A DNA stretch of 64,000 nt. Source: an uncultured Candidatus Saccharibacteria bacterium (GTDB lineage: Bacteria > Patescibacteriota > Minisyncoccia > Phycocordibacterales > UBA9973). Numbering within the stretch: the stretch's first letter is position 1; the number at the start of each line of letters is the position of its first letter. The notes beneath the pieces are model-generated. The model saw only the letters and a list, made by a program, of their open reading frames with translations, did no database searches and was not told the DNA's origin. The stretch is from positions 71,058 to 135,057 of the forward strand of contig CAZDGL010000001.1 of assembly GCA_964505155.1 (NCBI GenBank). The letters are read 5' to 3'. The translations under genes were made by a program, and so were the position numbers. Shown piece after piece: positions 19,644 through 30,256 of this stretch.

Positions 19644-19999
19644 CTTTTCTTGATTCTGCTACTAGGTCTATTCGACCCATTTCACCCGATGATGTGGTAG
19701 AGACGAAGAAGACCGTTGTCTTTCCACCTCAGGTAATCGAAGCATGGAACTATCTGATTGCCAAGCACTATCTGGATGGTCGTGCTTCTATTATGCAGGA
19801 CGAAGTCGTCAAGACCCTAATCAAGTATCTGGGATTGGACGAATCAGATCCAGCGTCCAGACGAGTCTGCTACGACAACAAGTATCTGGATATCGAGGAT
19901 ATCTATCGTGCCGAAGGTTGGACGGTCGAATACGATAAGCCAGCTTTCAACGAGACTTATGAACCATCATTCATATTTCGAAAAGGAAAGAGACGTTAG
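19640..19999 (+). CDS. hypothetical protein
   Basis: 119-aa ORF, ATGA overlap. Confidence 0.35.
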   Translation: MTFLDSATRSIRPISPDDVVETKKTVVFPPQVIEAWNYLIAKHYLDGRASIMQDEVVKTLIKYLGLDESDPASRRVCYDNKYLDIEDIYRAEGWTVEYDKPAFNETYEPSFIFRKGKRR

Positions 20000-22900
20000 A
20001 CCGGAATCGGAGTACCGATATAGGACTGCTTTCGGTCCATCGGATTGTTGGTCTGCTTCTGGATTGTCTTTTTGAAAGATGGATCAATCTGCGGATGTGA
20101 ACCCTGATAGTTTGGATTAGATGTGGTGTTCACATCCGTAGGCTTTCGTTCAGGCTTTGTGCTTTCACGTGTTGCTCTATCCTCTTCGGCATCCCCACTA
20201 GGATCCGATACTCCGGTTGATTTGTTCTCAATCTTAGCAGCAGTTGTCTTTTCAACCATCTTCTTCTTATCGAGTGAAGATTCCTTCTTTGGATCTATCA
20301 TTCGCTTGGTAGGAGCAATCTGACCAGTAGGCTTGACCTTAGGTGATGACACATCGGTGGATGTTACATTCTCGGCTTTCTTTAGCTGCTCTTCACGCTT
20401 GGCAATTAGTTCTGGTGTCATATCGGACTCCTCAGCACGACGGATATTGAGCTTATCAGCATCGACCCACTTCTTCGTGACGGTATCACCCTGATTGCCA
20501 CCTAACATTTCAATCTGGAGACGTCCTCCCTTCATTCGGGTTTCACCCGTTGCCATTCCTACGTGGCCACCAACTTCACCAGCAGCTTTGCCTCGCATTT
20601 CTACCAGAATATCACCCTTCTTCATATCACCAGCAGCTACGGACTTTCCCCATTCTCCAAACGAAGTTGCTACAGCAGATCCGGTTCCCTTGAAACCTTC
20701 CTGTTTTAGTGTAGAATTAACGAATGCGGCACACCATGCTAGAACATCAGGATCAAGATCGACACCACCATCCTTCAGATATGACTTGATTGCATCCCGA
20801 TCTCGGTCCTCGTTCATTCCTAGTTGCTTCAATGCACGATCCACGATTGCACCCTGACCATCACCAGAAGCCGCAGAACGAATTGCTCCAACTGGATCCT
20901 TGGAAGGATCTATATGCTTGCGTGCTGCACCTTCTAGTAGAGTCTTGCGCTTCTCCACAACGTCATTAGCTAGTCGCGTCTTTTCTTCACGAATTTGGTC
21001 CTCGGAGAACTTGGTCGTTCCCTCGGCCACTGCAGGCTTATCTGCAAACTTCAGAGTATCGGCCAATTCGGTCTTGTATCTGGAAAGAACGCTAGCGCGT
21101 CGATCACCTGTCAGCTTGGTATCGGTATCGATATACTTGGTTCGTTCTTCATAGAATGCCTTCAATTGGTCTTGCGGTGTCATATCAGCAAATCCAGCAT
21201 GTTGAGAAGCTCGATCCAGAATCTTCTTGATTCCACCGTGCTGAATTGCTCCAGAGAATATGGCTTCACGAATACCCGGATTATCGGTTTTGAAACCAAT
21301 TCCAGCAGCATGGTCCTTTGCAGGATTGAACCAGATATTCTTAGCAGACTTATCCTGAGCTTCCTCGAATGCCGTAGGATTAGCAGCAGCTACCTGTTTC
21401 CACTTATCATTGAATGCCTTGGTTCCCGGTTGCAGACCATCGAATTCCTTTGCAAATTCTGGATTATCCTTAAAGAATGTCTGGAGTCCACCGACCTTGT
21501 AATCGAACTGATACTTACCGTAGGCTCGACCACCATCTCCACCAACCGTATCAACCTTTCCTTCATACTTGGCAGAAATGGATCCCACCTTCTCGGATGA
21601 TGTGGCCAGAGACTTGCGTGCCTGTTCGTCCGTGATTTCTGGTGCAACAGCTTTGAAGGTGACGTGCTTCTTACCGGATTCGTCTTCATCGAATGAACGT
21701 TCAATACCCAAAGCCTTCAATTCTTCTGAAGAAAGCTTATTGAGGAATGATTGATCTGACAGACCGACTTCCTGACCAGAGGTAAGCTTGGCAATCGTTG
21801 CCTGATCGGCTTCGGATAGCGGTGCTGCGCTTCCAGTCGTATCGGAGGATGTTCCCGGTCCATAACCCGGAATAGATGACTCAGCGGTTCGACCCTTGAA
21901 TCTGGATCCATACATCGACGGCATTTGATCTCGTTGATCAGACAAATACGTTCCGTATGAGGAATCGATGCCACCGACTCTATTCTTGAAAGGTTCCAGA
22001 GCCTTGGTGCTAGGAGTATTACTTGTAACGGTCGGACCAGACGGTGTAGCTGTAGCTGTTGCTCCCAACATATCATCCGCTTCACCACCTAGCGACATAT
22101 CGGATCCACCAACGGATGACATCGGTGTTCCACCTGCTGCTGGTGGAGGATTGGATTTACGGAATCGACCGAATGAAGTGGTCGGATTAGGATTAGCCTC
22201 AGGAGCCTTGTACTTCTCGCGTTCAGGCAGAATGATGGTTTCACCAGTCTTGAGCGATGGTTCCCACTTCTTTAGTTTGAAATAATTGAGCAGTCCCTCA
22301 GGAGACACCTCACCCGTGATTACGGAATAGATCAATTCCGCAGCTTGTTCGGCAACCATTGAACCAATGATCGCACCAGATACGGTTCCCACCGCAGCGA
22401 ATGGTCCTGCCCACACGGTTGCAATTGTTCCCAATATTGCACCGATACCTGCACCAGACATGGAAGCAATAGCACCCACAATCTGCTTGCGAACTTCCTG
22501 TTCGGATGCACCCTCATTATATGCCAGATACGGATCGAGCGCAGACGTAACCACCTCTACCAGAATACCAATGACAGATCCCGGTATCTTGAATCTGGTG
22601 GCAAAGGCATCGACGTCCTTTAGGAACTTGTAATATAGACCCTTGCCTCTAGTGGATTCTGCTGGAATATTCTTTGATGAAAGATAGAGAGGCTTTCCAC
22701 CTGATTTAATTTTAGGCATCTCAATATTGTCTAGAACCCCAGACTTCTTGAATGATCCCCATCCCTTCTTCATGGTATCGCTGAAGCTGAACCCTCGGAT
22801 GGATTCGACTGCCTTGGTAGCTAGTTCAGGCATCTTGAACTTAGGCTTAGGAATATCTACCTCTTTGAGCTTCTTCCCCGTATCCATGATTGCATCAAAG

Positions 22901-23838
22901 ATACCTGAGCCGGGCTTACGTGCCTCAGCGACTTTGCGTCCCCATTTGGTGACTTCTGCCGCATCATCCACAGCACCAGATCGCTTCATCAGCTTCTTTA
23001 GAGCCGAACCCATGCCACCAGCTACGGAAGCAACACCACCTCCACCTAACACGCTTCCCAGAAGGATCTTCTTCCAATCAAGGGTAAGCAGATTTAGGGG
23101 ATTAAAAAAACTTGAGGCTGAGCCAGAACCTCCGATATCGTCCAGCTTCTTGTTCAATTCCTTGAATGACTTTTCAAGAGTCTTCTTGATATCCGTGGTA
23201 TCCTTGCGAACCAGCTTGACATCCTTACCAATATCGGTAATCAGCTTTGCCTGTTGCGCAAAGGATGTCTTGATAACACCCTGCGGATTTTCTAGTTCTG
23301 AATTGATGATAGCGGTCGTGTCTGCCTTGATTTGTTCTCTCAAACGATTGAACATACGCTTTGGAGACAGACGGTCTAGGAAACCTTCCTTCAGGGACGA
23401 AGTCGTATTCTTTACCTTATCCCGTGCACCCTTTAGAGTAACCTGATCTATCACGTTCTGGAATGATTGCTTGGTGGCATCGACCTTGTTCTGAATACGC
23501 TGTTTGGTGTTTGTTACAACTGCCTTGGTAGCACGCACAGGAGCCGTCACGGTTCGCACAGCGGCTTGCGTAGCACGAATCGGGATAGATACCGCATTCG
23601 GTACCTTCATCGTAACTTTAATTGGATCTTTTATTGAATTCTGCTTTTTTGGAGTCTTAGGTGCCTTGGTAGGAACGACCTTTGGCTCCACAGGCTTAGG
23701 TGTGGATTCCGGAATTGCCTTCGGCTTCTGTTGAGGCTCGCGCTTAGGACGCGGTGTTCGTGGTGCCTTGACATTAGCACCACGATGAAGCGCGTATTGT
23801 AGAGCCTTCTTTTTATCTGAAGCGGTTCTTTGCCGCAT
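19996..23838 (-). CDS. tape-measure-like large virion protein (gp29 position) with C-terminal lytic-transglycosylase-like and TIGR02594/NlpC-P60-like peptidase domains
   Basis: 1280 aa; basic Pro/Lys-rich N-terminus, Gly-rich TM-like segments, long helical K/E-rich middle; C-terminal third has RAYGKYQFDYKVGG... and DVLAWCAAFVNSTLKQEGF...GDILVEMRGKAAGEVGGHVGMAT blocks. Confidence 0.5.
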   Translation of the reverse strand: MRQRTASDKKKALQYALHRGANVKAPRTPRPKREPQQKPKAIPESTPKPVEPKVVPTKAPKTPKKQNSIKDPIKVTMKVPNAVSIPIRATQAAVRTVTAPVRATKAVVTNTKQRIQNKVDATKQSFQNVIDQVTLKGARDKVKNTTSSLKEGFLDRLSPKRMFNRLREQIKADTTAIINSELENPQGVIKTSFAQQAKLITDIGKDVKLVRKDTTDIKKTLEKSFKELNKKLDDIGGSGSASSFFNPLNLLTLDWKKILLGSVLGGGGVASVAGGMGSALKKLMKRSGAVDDAAEVTKWGRKVAEARKPGSGIFDAIMDTGKKLKEVDIPKPKFKMPELATKAVESIRGFSFSDTMKKGWGSFKKSGVLDNIEMPKIKSGGKPLYLSSKNIPAESTRGKGLYYKFLKDVDAFATRFKIPGSVIGILVEVVTSALDPYLAYNEGASEQEVRKQIVGAIASMSGAGIGAILGTIATVWAGPFAAVGTVSGAIIGSMVAEQAAELIYSVITGEVSPEGLLNYFKLKKWEPSLKTGETIILPEREKYKAPEANPNPTTSFGRFRKSNPPPAAGGTPMSSVGGSDMSLGGEADDMLGATATATPSGPTVTSNTPSTKALEPFKNRVGGIDSSYGTYLSDQRDQMPSMYGSRFKGRTAESSIPGYGPGTSSDTTGSAAPLSEADQATIAKLTSGQEVGLSDQSFLNKLSSEELKALGIERSFDEDESGKKHVTFKAVAPEITDEQARKSLATSSEKVGSISAKYEGKVDTVGGDGGRAYGKYQFDYKVGGLQTFFKDNPEFAKEFDGLQPGTKAFNDKWKQVAAANPTAFEEAQDKSAKNIWFNPAKDHAAGIGFKTDNPGIREAIFSGAIQHGGIKKILDRASQHAGFADMTPQDQLKAFYEERTKYIDTDTKLTGDRRASVLSRYKTELADTLKFADKPAVAEGTTKFSEDQIREEKTRLANDVVEKRKTLLEGAARKHIDPSKDPVGAIRSAASGDGQGAIVDRALKQLGMNEDRDRDAIKSYLKDGGVDLDPDVLAWCAAFVNSTLKQEGFKGTGSAVATSFGEWGKSVAAGDMKKGDILVEMRGKAAGEVGGHVGMATGETRMKGGRLQIEMLGGNQGDTVTKKWVDADKLNIRRAEESDMTPELIAKREEQLKKAENVTSTDVSSPKVKPTGQIAPTKRMIDPKKESSLDKKKMVEKTTAAKIENKSTGVSDPSGDAEEDRATRESTKPERKPTDVNTTSNPNYQGSHPQIDPSFKKTIQKQTNNPMDRKQSYIGTPIPV

Positions 23839-24036
23839 TTGCTAGGTCTCGTTTCCGGTTTAGATCGTCTATGGCTTTTGCTGCTTGTTCCGCAATATGC
23901 ATTTGTAGCAAATCTACATAAACTTGTCGTTCCCACGGCATCAGATCCATTAGGTGATCTATCGGCCAACCATGGATATGCATCAGATTGAAATTCGTTT
24001 TAATGAAATTCTTCAGATTATCGTATCCATGGAATA

Positions 24037-24756
24037 TTAAAAAAAACGAATGGGATCCTCCACCGTGATTTCATGTTCAAATCCACATTTCTTACAGGTA
24101 TGTGTTTTGTGGACTTCGTAATACGGTGTCTTCTCGACGTAATCCTTCATCTTATCAAAAGGCTCCTTACGAAGTCCTTCTATGAATTCCTGCTTTTCGG
24201 CATCCGTGGCTTCTGAGAACTTGTAGACCGTAGCCTCATCAAATACGATATCGATACAACCTTTTAGAGTCTTGATGGTCTTCTCATAATCACTATCGGA
24301 TTCCTTGATACCCATCACAATCTCGAATGACGGATGCACCATCTTCACCGAATAGGTCTCATCAATTGGAATGATATCAGGGATCTTTGGATCTACCAGT
24401 TTGATTTCGTCCATCTTGATATTCATATTGAATGATGTGCCGCAGACGACGTTATCGATCTTGTTCTGACAGATATAGTCATTTGTCAAGACGGTTCCGA
24501 TAGACTTGGAACGAATCTGCATGTAGGCATAATCAATATCGAAAATAGGTAACTTGGTTACATCAAAATCGGCTTCCATCACGCAATTTGTAATAATCTG
24601 ACGTGTGGCACTAGTCATTTCAGCCACATCATTTGATTCTGCTGCCATGAGTAGGATCTTCTCTTCCTTCACCGAATACGGTCTGAAAGAAATCTTGCGT
24701 CCGCTAGACGGTAGATTCATGGTATAAATTGGTACACTAATCTTAGGTAGGCTCAT
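24037..24756 (-). CDS. hypothetical protein (possible baseplate hub assembly factor, gp51 position)
   Basis: 239 aa, C-terminal CKKCGFEHE zinc-ribbon-like motif; position between gp4-like and tape-measure genes. Confidence 0.3.
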   Translation of the reverse strand: MSLPKISVPIYTMNLPSSGRKISFRPYSVKEEKILLMAAESNDVAEMTSATRQIITNCVMEADFDVTKLPIFDIDYAYMQIRSKSIGTVLTNDYICQNKIDNVVCGTSFNMNIKMDEIKLVDPKIPDIIPIDETYSVKMVHPSFEIVMGIKESDSDYEKTIKTLKGCIDIVFDEATVYKFSEATDAEKQEFIEGLRKEPFDKMKDYVEKTPYYEVHKTHTCKKCGFEHEITVEDPIRFF

Positions 24757-24759
24757 TCA

Positions 24760-25305
24760 TTATCCTTGTTGTTGTGATTCAAAATCAGTATAGGCAAACT
24801 GGACGCTCAATCGATGAATGGTATCCTCAAACCAGTTTGCTTGTAGTGGCATTACATTGATCGGGTAGACATCATGAAGTAACATCATGTAGGTGTCCTC
24901 GACTCCTTCCAGTTCGGATGTCTGGAATATCTTGATCTTGGTGGCATATTCATTTCGGAACCTGAAATCATAGTTCCCTTTGCCACCAGACGAAATATAG
25001 CGCTTCCAGCTATCAAAGAAGTTTTTGACGTCCATGGAACCACGCACAATGAATGAAATATTGATATCATTGAATTGCTGTCGGACCGGAACCTTGAACG
25101 ACGGACCATAGTAACGAACATCGGTCGTTACCAGAGACGAACCCGGATGCTCGGCACCCGCAGCTAGGAATGGTAGATCCCTGATTAGATTCGTATAACC
25201 CAACAAGAAATTGTTATCTGGTGAAATCTCTATTCGAAATCTCTGGGATTTGGCTACGGCACCATCTCGTAGGATGATGGATCTAAAATCTGTAATATCA
25301 ACCAT
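24760..25305 (-). CDS. hypothetical protein (possible hub subunit, gp26 position)
   Basis: 181-aa ORF. Confidence 0.3.
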   Translation of the reverse strand: MVDITDFRSIILRDGAVAKSQRFRIEISPDNNFLLGYTNLIRDLPFLAAGAEHPGSSLVTTDVRYYGPSFKVPVRQQFNDINISFIVRGSMDVKNFFDSWKRYISSGGKGNYDFRFRNEYATKIKIFQTSELEGVEDTYMMLLHDVYPINVMPLQANWFEDTIHRLSVQFAYTDFESQQQG

Positions 25306-25900
25306 TTGCTATGATCTTGTTTGACTCTCTCCATACTTCCTGCATGGACTTCTTTTCGAAATGTTCGGATGGTAGAAATAGTGCCCACTCCCACTCGTTA
25401 CCTTTCACCTTGATGAAATCGGAACGCACATGTCCAGACAGGTATCGCTTGATACATGGCTTTACTATTGCACCCATGGACTTGATTGCCTTATACGACA
25501 ATGCAAGTCTGGTTGATTCCGTATATCGCTTGTCCGTGGCCAGAATGCTTAGAGTATCAAATAGCTTTGCTCTCTGGTTTAAGTTCAGGTAATGGACATT
25601 GATACCCAGAAATCCGTCCTCGTAGTATTCGATTGGGAATACCAACGGAAATGTGTCATAGTAAGGTAGTTCCTTCTTCCATTTCGGATCGTATACGAAA
25701 TAATACATTTCACCGACCGTGATATCGGTAGACTTTCGGGATCTACCACGAAGCAGCGAGGCACGATTAGCACCACGGAAAGCAACCATCTCTTTTGCTT
25801 TACCGATCAACCATTTTCGGGCTTCTTGTTGCTTACCCAAAAGTCCCTTCTGTAGAAGTTCCTTTCGGATTTGACGTATCAGATCAGATTCTCGTGCCAT
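25298..25900 (-). CDS. hypothetical protein
   Basis: 200-aa ORF, overlaps downstream start. Confidence 0.3.
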   Translation of the reverse strand: MARESDLIRQIRKELLQKGLLGKQQEARKWLIGKAKEMVAFRGANRASLLRGRSRKSTDITVGEMYYFVYDPKWKKELPYYDTFPLVFPIEYYEDGFLGINVHYLNLNQRAKLFDTLSILATDKRYTESTRLALSYKAIKSMGAIVKPCIKRYLSGHVRSDFIKVKGNEWEWALFLPSEHFEKKSMQEVWRESNKIIANG

Positions 25901-25905
25901 TTGTG

Positions 25906-26358
25906 TTATTTATGTTTGATTCCTAAATCGTATTCATCTAGGATTTTAAACTCCCATCCTTTTCTGGCACAATAGTCACGTGCAGCTTCCCACTTTGCCT
26001 GATTGACAGCATACGTAGCTGACTCGGTCAAAAATCGTTTCTTGTTACGATTCTGCTTTGGTGGCTCGATTTCCTTGCGTGGTTTGATTTCTACCAGATA
26101 TTCCCTGTTGACATTATCCCGCGTCCGAACCCGGATCCAGAAATCTACGAAGTATCGGTGCGAACGACCATCCAGTGGAGACATGTAATTAATCACAAGC
26201 TCTTCGGATGACCATTGGAGGATATTGGGATTCTTATCAAAAAACTGACATGCCTTCAGTTCCCATCCAGATCGCGCAACAATATTGGTTGGATTACCCT
26301 TATACTTCGAAGGATTACGTGGTCTGAAATATTGTGGAACTGGATAACGATTCTTCAT
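25906..26358 (-). CDS. head completion protein gp4-like (PD-(D/E)XK / TnsA-like fold)
   Basis: 150 aa; RSGWELKACQFFDKNPNILQWSSE...RYFVDFWIRV...YLVEIKPRKE...WEAARDYCARKGWEFKILDE pattern as in T4 gp4 family (recalled, not searched). Confidence 0.4.
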   Translation of the reverse strand: MKNRYPVPQYFRPRNPSKYKGNPTNIVARSGWELKACQFFDKNPNILQWSSEELVINYMSPLDGRSHRYFVDFWIRVRTRDNVNREYLVEIKPRKEIEPPKQNRNKKRFLTESATYAVNQAKWEAARDYCARKGWEFKILDEYDLGIKHK

Positions 26359-27178
26359 ATTTTTCTAATAACTCGTCTAAAGTAATATTACATTTGGATT
26401 GTTTTGTAAGGTTTTCGTATGATGTTACTATCTGCAGATTCAAAGGTGAGCAAATAATATCGATAGGAACATCATCAACGAATCCTTGTATTACACTATA
26501 GATGTGATCTAAATGTACTGATTTGGAACGTTTGATATTTAATGGATTAATATATGACTTGAATTTTTTATATGTTTTCTCCGTTTCAAGTCTTACTAAT
26601 CGTCTATAATTTTCCCATGATGTAATATCAGAATAATCATAACGTCGTAGAGAATTACCTCGTTTTTCAATGAGTTTTTGTTTCTCTTCTTCTGAAGCTT
26701 CCTTCCACCATTTAAGAATGGATTTTTCCACCATCTCCTTACTTCTGGCAGATCTTTCTTCTGGAGATAGTTTATTCAGCCAACCATACTTTTCTTTAAG
26801 TTCTTCTTCTGTAAGAAGTGAATTTTTGTATTTTATAGTATTACTGATTTTGGTTCTAATTTGCAGTGCAGCGTCGGTCTTCCAATGATTAGAAACATTA
26901 CATTTAACTTTCTCTATGAAAGTATGAAATCTTGCGGGATCGTTTCTTAGATTATTTCTCATTGACTTAGCAGCACATGATCTGGAGCAATGAACTTTAT
27001 ATCCACGAAGTCCAACACATTCAGTTGGTTCTTTACAGTATTCACAGAAACCATCTGTATCCTTTTTCATATATTTGTCATAATAAGATTTTGTAGATTT
27101 CATACCATGCGATCTAAGATGATATCCTAGATTTTTGATATCTTCATGTTCAGTTTGGCAGATTTGACATATGATCAT
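26315..27178 (-). CDS. HNH homing endonuclease with N-terminal zinc finger
   Basis: CQICQTEH...YHLRSHG zinc finger; C-terminal VHLDHIYSVIQGF...NLQIVTSYENLTKQSKCN HNH core; AT-rich. Confidence 0.55.
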   Translation of the reverse strand: MIICQICQTEHEDIKNLGYHLRSHGMKSTKSYYDKYMKKDTDGFCEYCKEPTECVGLRGYKVHCSRSCAAKSMRNNLRNDPARFHTFIEKVKCNVSNHWKTDAALQIRTKISNTIKYKNSLLTEEELKEKYGWLNKLSPEERSARSKEMVEKSILKWWKEASEEEKQKLIEKRGNSLRRYDYSDITSWENYRRLVRLETEKTYKKFKSYINPLNIKRSKSVHLDHIYSVIQGFVDDVPIDIICSPLNLQIVTSYENLTKQSKCNITLDELLEKYEESLSSSTIFQTT

Positions 27179-27357
27179 AGTTCTTAATTCCCTTTTGATC
27201 TATTTATAGGAATTAAGATTTTGGATTGCCTTTGTACTTCGAGGGATTCATGGCACGATATATCCCCTGAATGTAGTTGTTCTTCCGTTTGGATTTGATG
27301 TGTTGTTTTTGCATATAAATAGATTTGAAATCTCAAAGTAAAGGTTCCATTATTTAG

Positions 27358-28338
27358 ATGCCAACCGACGAAGTATACGAAGTTGTCCAGACTTATCCCG
27401 ATGCTCTACCAAATCCGTTTGAGGTAATTCAGGCAGCAGAGGTATCTGGGGATATTGGGATTCATTCTTTCCCATCTACGCTGACTGGTCGGACACAGGC
27501 ATCGGCACATGTCATGAAGATCCAGATTAATCAGAATACCGCAATGTCTGCTGTGGCACCAATCATCGGTCAGGTAGGATCGCTCGGTGGAGCTATTGGA
27601 CCAGATACTGCTGGAAATTTGGGCACCCAGATATCTCAGGGACGTTTCCCATCAATCGGTTCTATTCTGGATAGCACATCAAATCTGATTACCTCTGCAT
27701 GGAACAACCGGCAACAAATCCTCACACAGGCTCGACAGGATGCCTTTGGTGAATTCAAGCGTGCCAAGGGTGCGATCTATCTCTACATTCCAAATCCAAT
27801 GACGTATACCAATGCAATGGATTACGAGGATGTTTCGCTTACGTCTCTGGCCACGGACAAGCTCAAGACAGCGGTGGGACCAATCCCATTTGCGCGTGCT
27901 GCAATAGAAGGTGCCGAAACACTTCAGAAGCTCCGTGGTCTACCAATCAATCCAAAGGTAGAAATCCTGTTCTCAAATATCCCACAACGTAGATTCCAGT
28001 ATGATTTCCTATTTGCACCGACATCGCAACAGGAAGCCGATTCCCTGAAGACAATCATCAAGGTTCTGAGATCTGAATCCGCACCCGAAGAAATCGGTAT
28101 TGCTGGTATCGTCTGGAAGGCACCGTCCACATTTGATATCTCATTCGAACACAATGGTGTCGAGAATACCAATATTCCAAAGATTCAGGAATGCGTGCTG
28201 GAACAGGTTGATGTGGATTATGAACCATCAGGACAATGGTCCACATTCTGGAATGGATTTCCGGTAGCGGTTCGATTGCAATTGAAGTTCCGTGAGCGTG
28301 AACCAAATCACAAGAAGAAGATCCTCGAAGGATACTAA
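27358..28338 (+). CDS. baseplate tail-tube cap/initiator (gp48/gp54-like)
   Basis: 326 aa, first gene of plus-strand hub operon upstream of gp53 homologue. Confidence 0.4.
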   Translation: MPTDEVYEVVQTYPDALPNPFEVIQAAEVSGDIGIHSFPSTLTGRTQASAHVMKIQINQNTAMSAVAPIIGQVGSLGGAIGPDTAGNLGTQISQGRFPSIGSILDSTSNLITSAWNNRQQILTQARQDAFGEFKRAKGAIYLYIPNPMTYTNAMDYEDVSLTSLATDKLKTAVGPIPFARAAIEGAETLQKLRGLPINPKVEILFSNIPQRRFQYDFLFAPTSQQEADSLKTIIKVLRSESAPEEIGIAGIVWKAPSTFDISFEHNGVENTNIPKIQECVLEQVDVDYEPSGQWSTFWNGFPVAVRLQLKFREREPNHKKKILEGY

Positions 28339-29042
28339 TGCCGTATTTCTCAGCAATTCCGCTCACCAACTATGATATGAATGGTATTGGACTGGATTTT
28401 ACTCTGGTCACGGATATCCTATTCCGTACAAAGCTAATCGAGAATGTCCTCAATTCTACGTCTTCCTACTACGAATATTCGGTAAAGGATGGTGAAACAC
28501 CGGAAGTAGTTGCAGACAAGTATTACGGAGACGTCTATGCCGATTGGATTGTCATGTATGCCAACAATATTTGTGATCCAAAGCATGACTGGGTAAAGCC
28601 ATATAACGTATTTCAGAAGTATCTGATTGACAAGTACGGTTCCCTAGCTGTTGCCATGACTCAGATCCACCACTACGAGAAGGTGATTGAATCTACGGAT
28701 TCGGTAACCGGAATTACTACGACCAGACGCTACGTAATCGATCTGGAAGATCCACGAACGGATATTGGAGACGTACCAGAATACGATACCTACAATGATC
28801 TGGGATCGCTGGTGACTGCATATAATCCTGACTATTCGTTTCGGAATGGTGGGACAGTGACGATATCCGTCTATAGAAATTCTGTTACATGTTATGACTA
28901 CGAAGTAGCAGAGAACGAGAACAAGCGTAGAATCAAATTAATCAAACGTGAATATCGCGATCAGATTGAGGAAGAACTAAAACGATTTGGTGGACCTAAT
29001 CTTCTGGTACGCAGATATCTTAGACAGAGCACACTCATCTAA
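28338..29042 (+). CDS. baseplate wedge subunit gp53-like
   Basis: YEYSVKDGETPEVVADKYYGDVYADWIVMYANNICDPKHDWVKPYNVFQKY resembles T4 gp53 LysM-like block (RTYYIKGSPRPEELANAIYGNPQLYWVLLMCNDNYDPYYGWIT...). Confidence 0.55.
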   Translation: MPYFSAIPLTNYDMNGIGLDFTLVTDILFRTKLIENVLNSTSSYYEYSVKDGETPEVVADKYYGDVYADWIVMYANNICDPKHDWVKPYNVFQKYLIDKYGSLAVAMTQIHHYEKVIESTDSVTGITTTRRYVIDLEDPRTDIGDVPEYDTYNDLGSLVTAYNPDYSFRNGGTVTISVYRNSVTCYDYEVAENENKRRIKLIKREYRDQIEEELKRFGGPNLLVRRYLRQSTLI

Positions 29043-30256
29043 TGGCAGAACTATCCGCTGACCAACATGCACTAACCCAATTCAAGGTTGAAATGGACGT
29101 CTCCGAGGGAATTCTCAATCAGGTATCTCTGGTTGAATTCTCGCTCACCGAGAGTCTGATGTCACCTAGCTTGACTACTCAGTTTCTGGTTCAATCCGCA
29201 CGTCATGTGGGATATGCCAAAAATCTGGACGAGTATGCCAACAAGGATGTCAAGATTACTCTATATCGACCAGATATCGATGATGGTCTGTTGGTCCAGC
29301 AAAAGATCTACAAGATCACCGAACGTGATCCGACCACTTATCAATTCGATGAATTTCAGATCAATGCATGTGATATTACGCTTCTGCGTAATGCGGCAAC
29401 CCGAGTTTCTCAATCCTATAAGTGTACGTCCCCATCCGCAATTGTAGCAGACATGTTGGGTAGAGTCGGTGCTCGTACATTTGTGGAAGGTTCGTCTCCG
29501 ATGCGAACATACTTTGCCGAGAACATTCACCCCTTTCAGGTAATCGCACAACAGGCAGACGTAGCGGTCGCTGTGGGCACGGATCCCTCATTCCTGCACT
29601 ATATGACATATGAAGACGGTGGAACTCATCGATTTGAATCCCTGCGCAATATGGTTCGACGAACACCTATTAGAGAATTTGAATATTCCGAAAAGACGAT
29701 CAACGAGAAGACCTACAATAATCCACGTGAAATCATGGGATATTCGTTTCCATGTGATTTTGATATCCTGTCCGATATCCTGAATTCTATTGACATCGAC
29801 GGGTTCGACCAGAATTCGCTTATTGTCATCAATCCATTCAACGGGATTCAGTCCCTGTTGGGCAATCAAACCAAGTCTGGTGGACTAGGTGGTCTGAATG
29901 CTGGTGCCACATTCACGAACAAGGGATCCGCACAAACCGAAGGTAATTGTGAAATCGATGTGGAAAAGTACAAGCTCCGTCGTCAGGCACGACTAGGTTT
30001 ATTGGAACCAGACAGAATTCCGTTACGGATTACAGTGCCGTTCTGTCCCGGTGTCAATTGTGGAAAGACGATCAATGTCCGGTTTCATAACAAGGTTGTT
30101 ACACCTAACGGATTACGTCGAGATCCAGATTACGGAACCGGAACCTATCTAATCACAGCACTAACCCATAATGTCAAGGTCGGGGGATTTGCAACCACTG
30201 TCATGGATTGTGTATCCAAGTCTGTTGGGTTTGGTGGAGCAACGTTGGGGATGTAA
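29042..30256 (+). CDS. baseplate hub subunit (gp27-like)
   Basis: 404 aa (T4 gp27 391 aa), immediately upstream of gp5-type OB-domain gene. Confidence 0.4.
   Translation: MAELSADQHALTQFKVEMDVSEGILNQVSLVEFSLTESLMSPSLTTQFLVQSARHVGYAKNLDEYANKDVKITLYRPDIDDGLLVQQKIYKITERDPTTYQFDEFQINACDITLLRNAATRVSQSYKCTSPSAIVADMLGRVGARTFVEGSSPMRTYFAENIHPFQVIAQQADVAVAVGTDPSFLHYMTYEDGGTHRFESLRNMVRRTPIREFEYSEKTINEKTYNNPREIMGYSFPCDFDILSDILNSIDIDGFDQNSLIVINPFNGIQSLLGNQTKSGGLGGLNAGATFTNKGSAQTEGNCEIDVEKYKLRRQARLGLLEPDRIPLRITVPFCPGVNCGKTINVRFHNKVVTPNGLRRDPDYGTGTYLITALTHNVKVGGFATTVMDCVSKSVGFGGATLGM

Noticed and set aside
20995-21600. 201-aa plus-strand ORF (and 22727-23446, 239 aa)
   Set aside because: Both are antisense shadows inside the 1280-aa tape-measure-like gene; Ser/Leu/Arg-rich junk composition, no RBS
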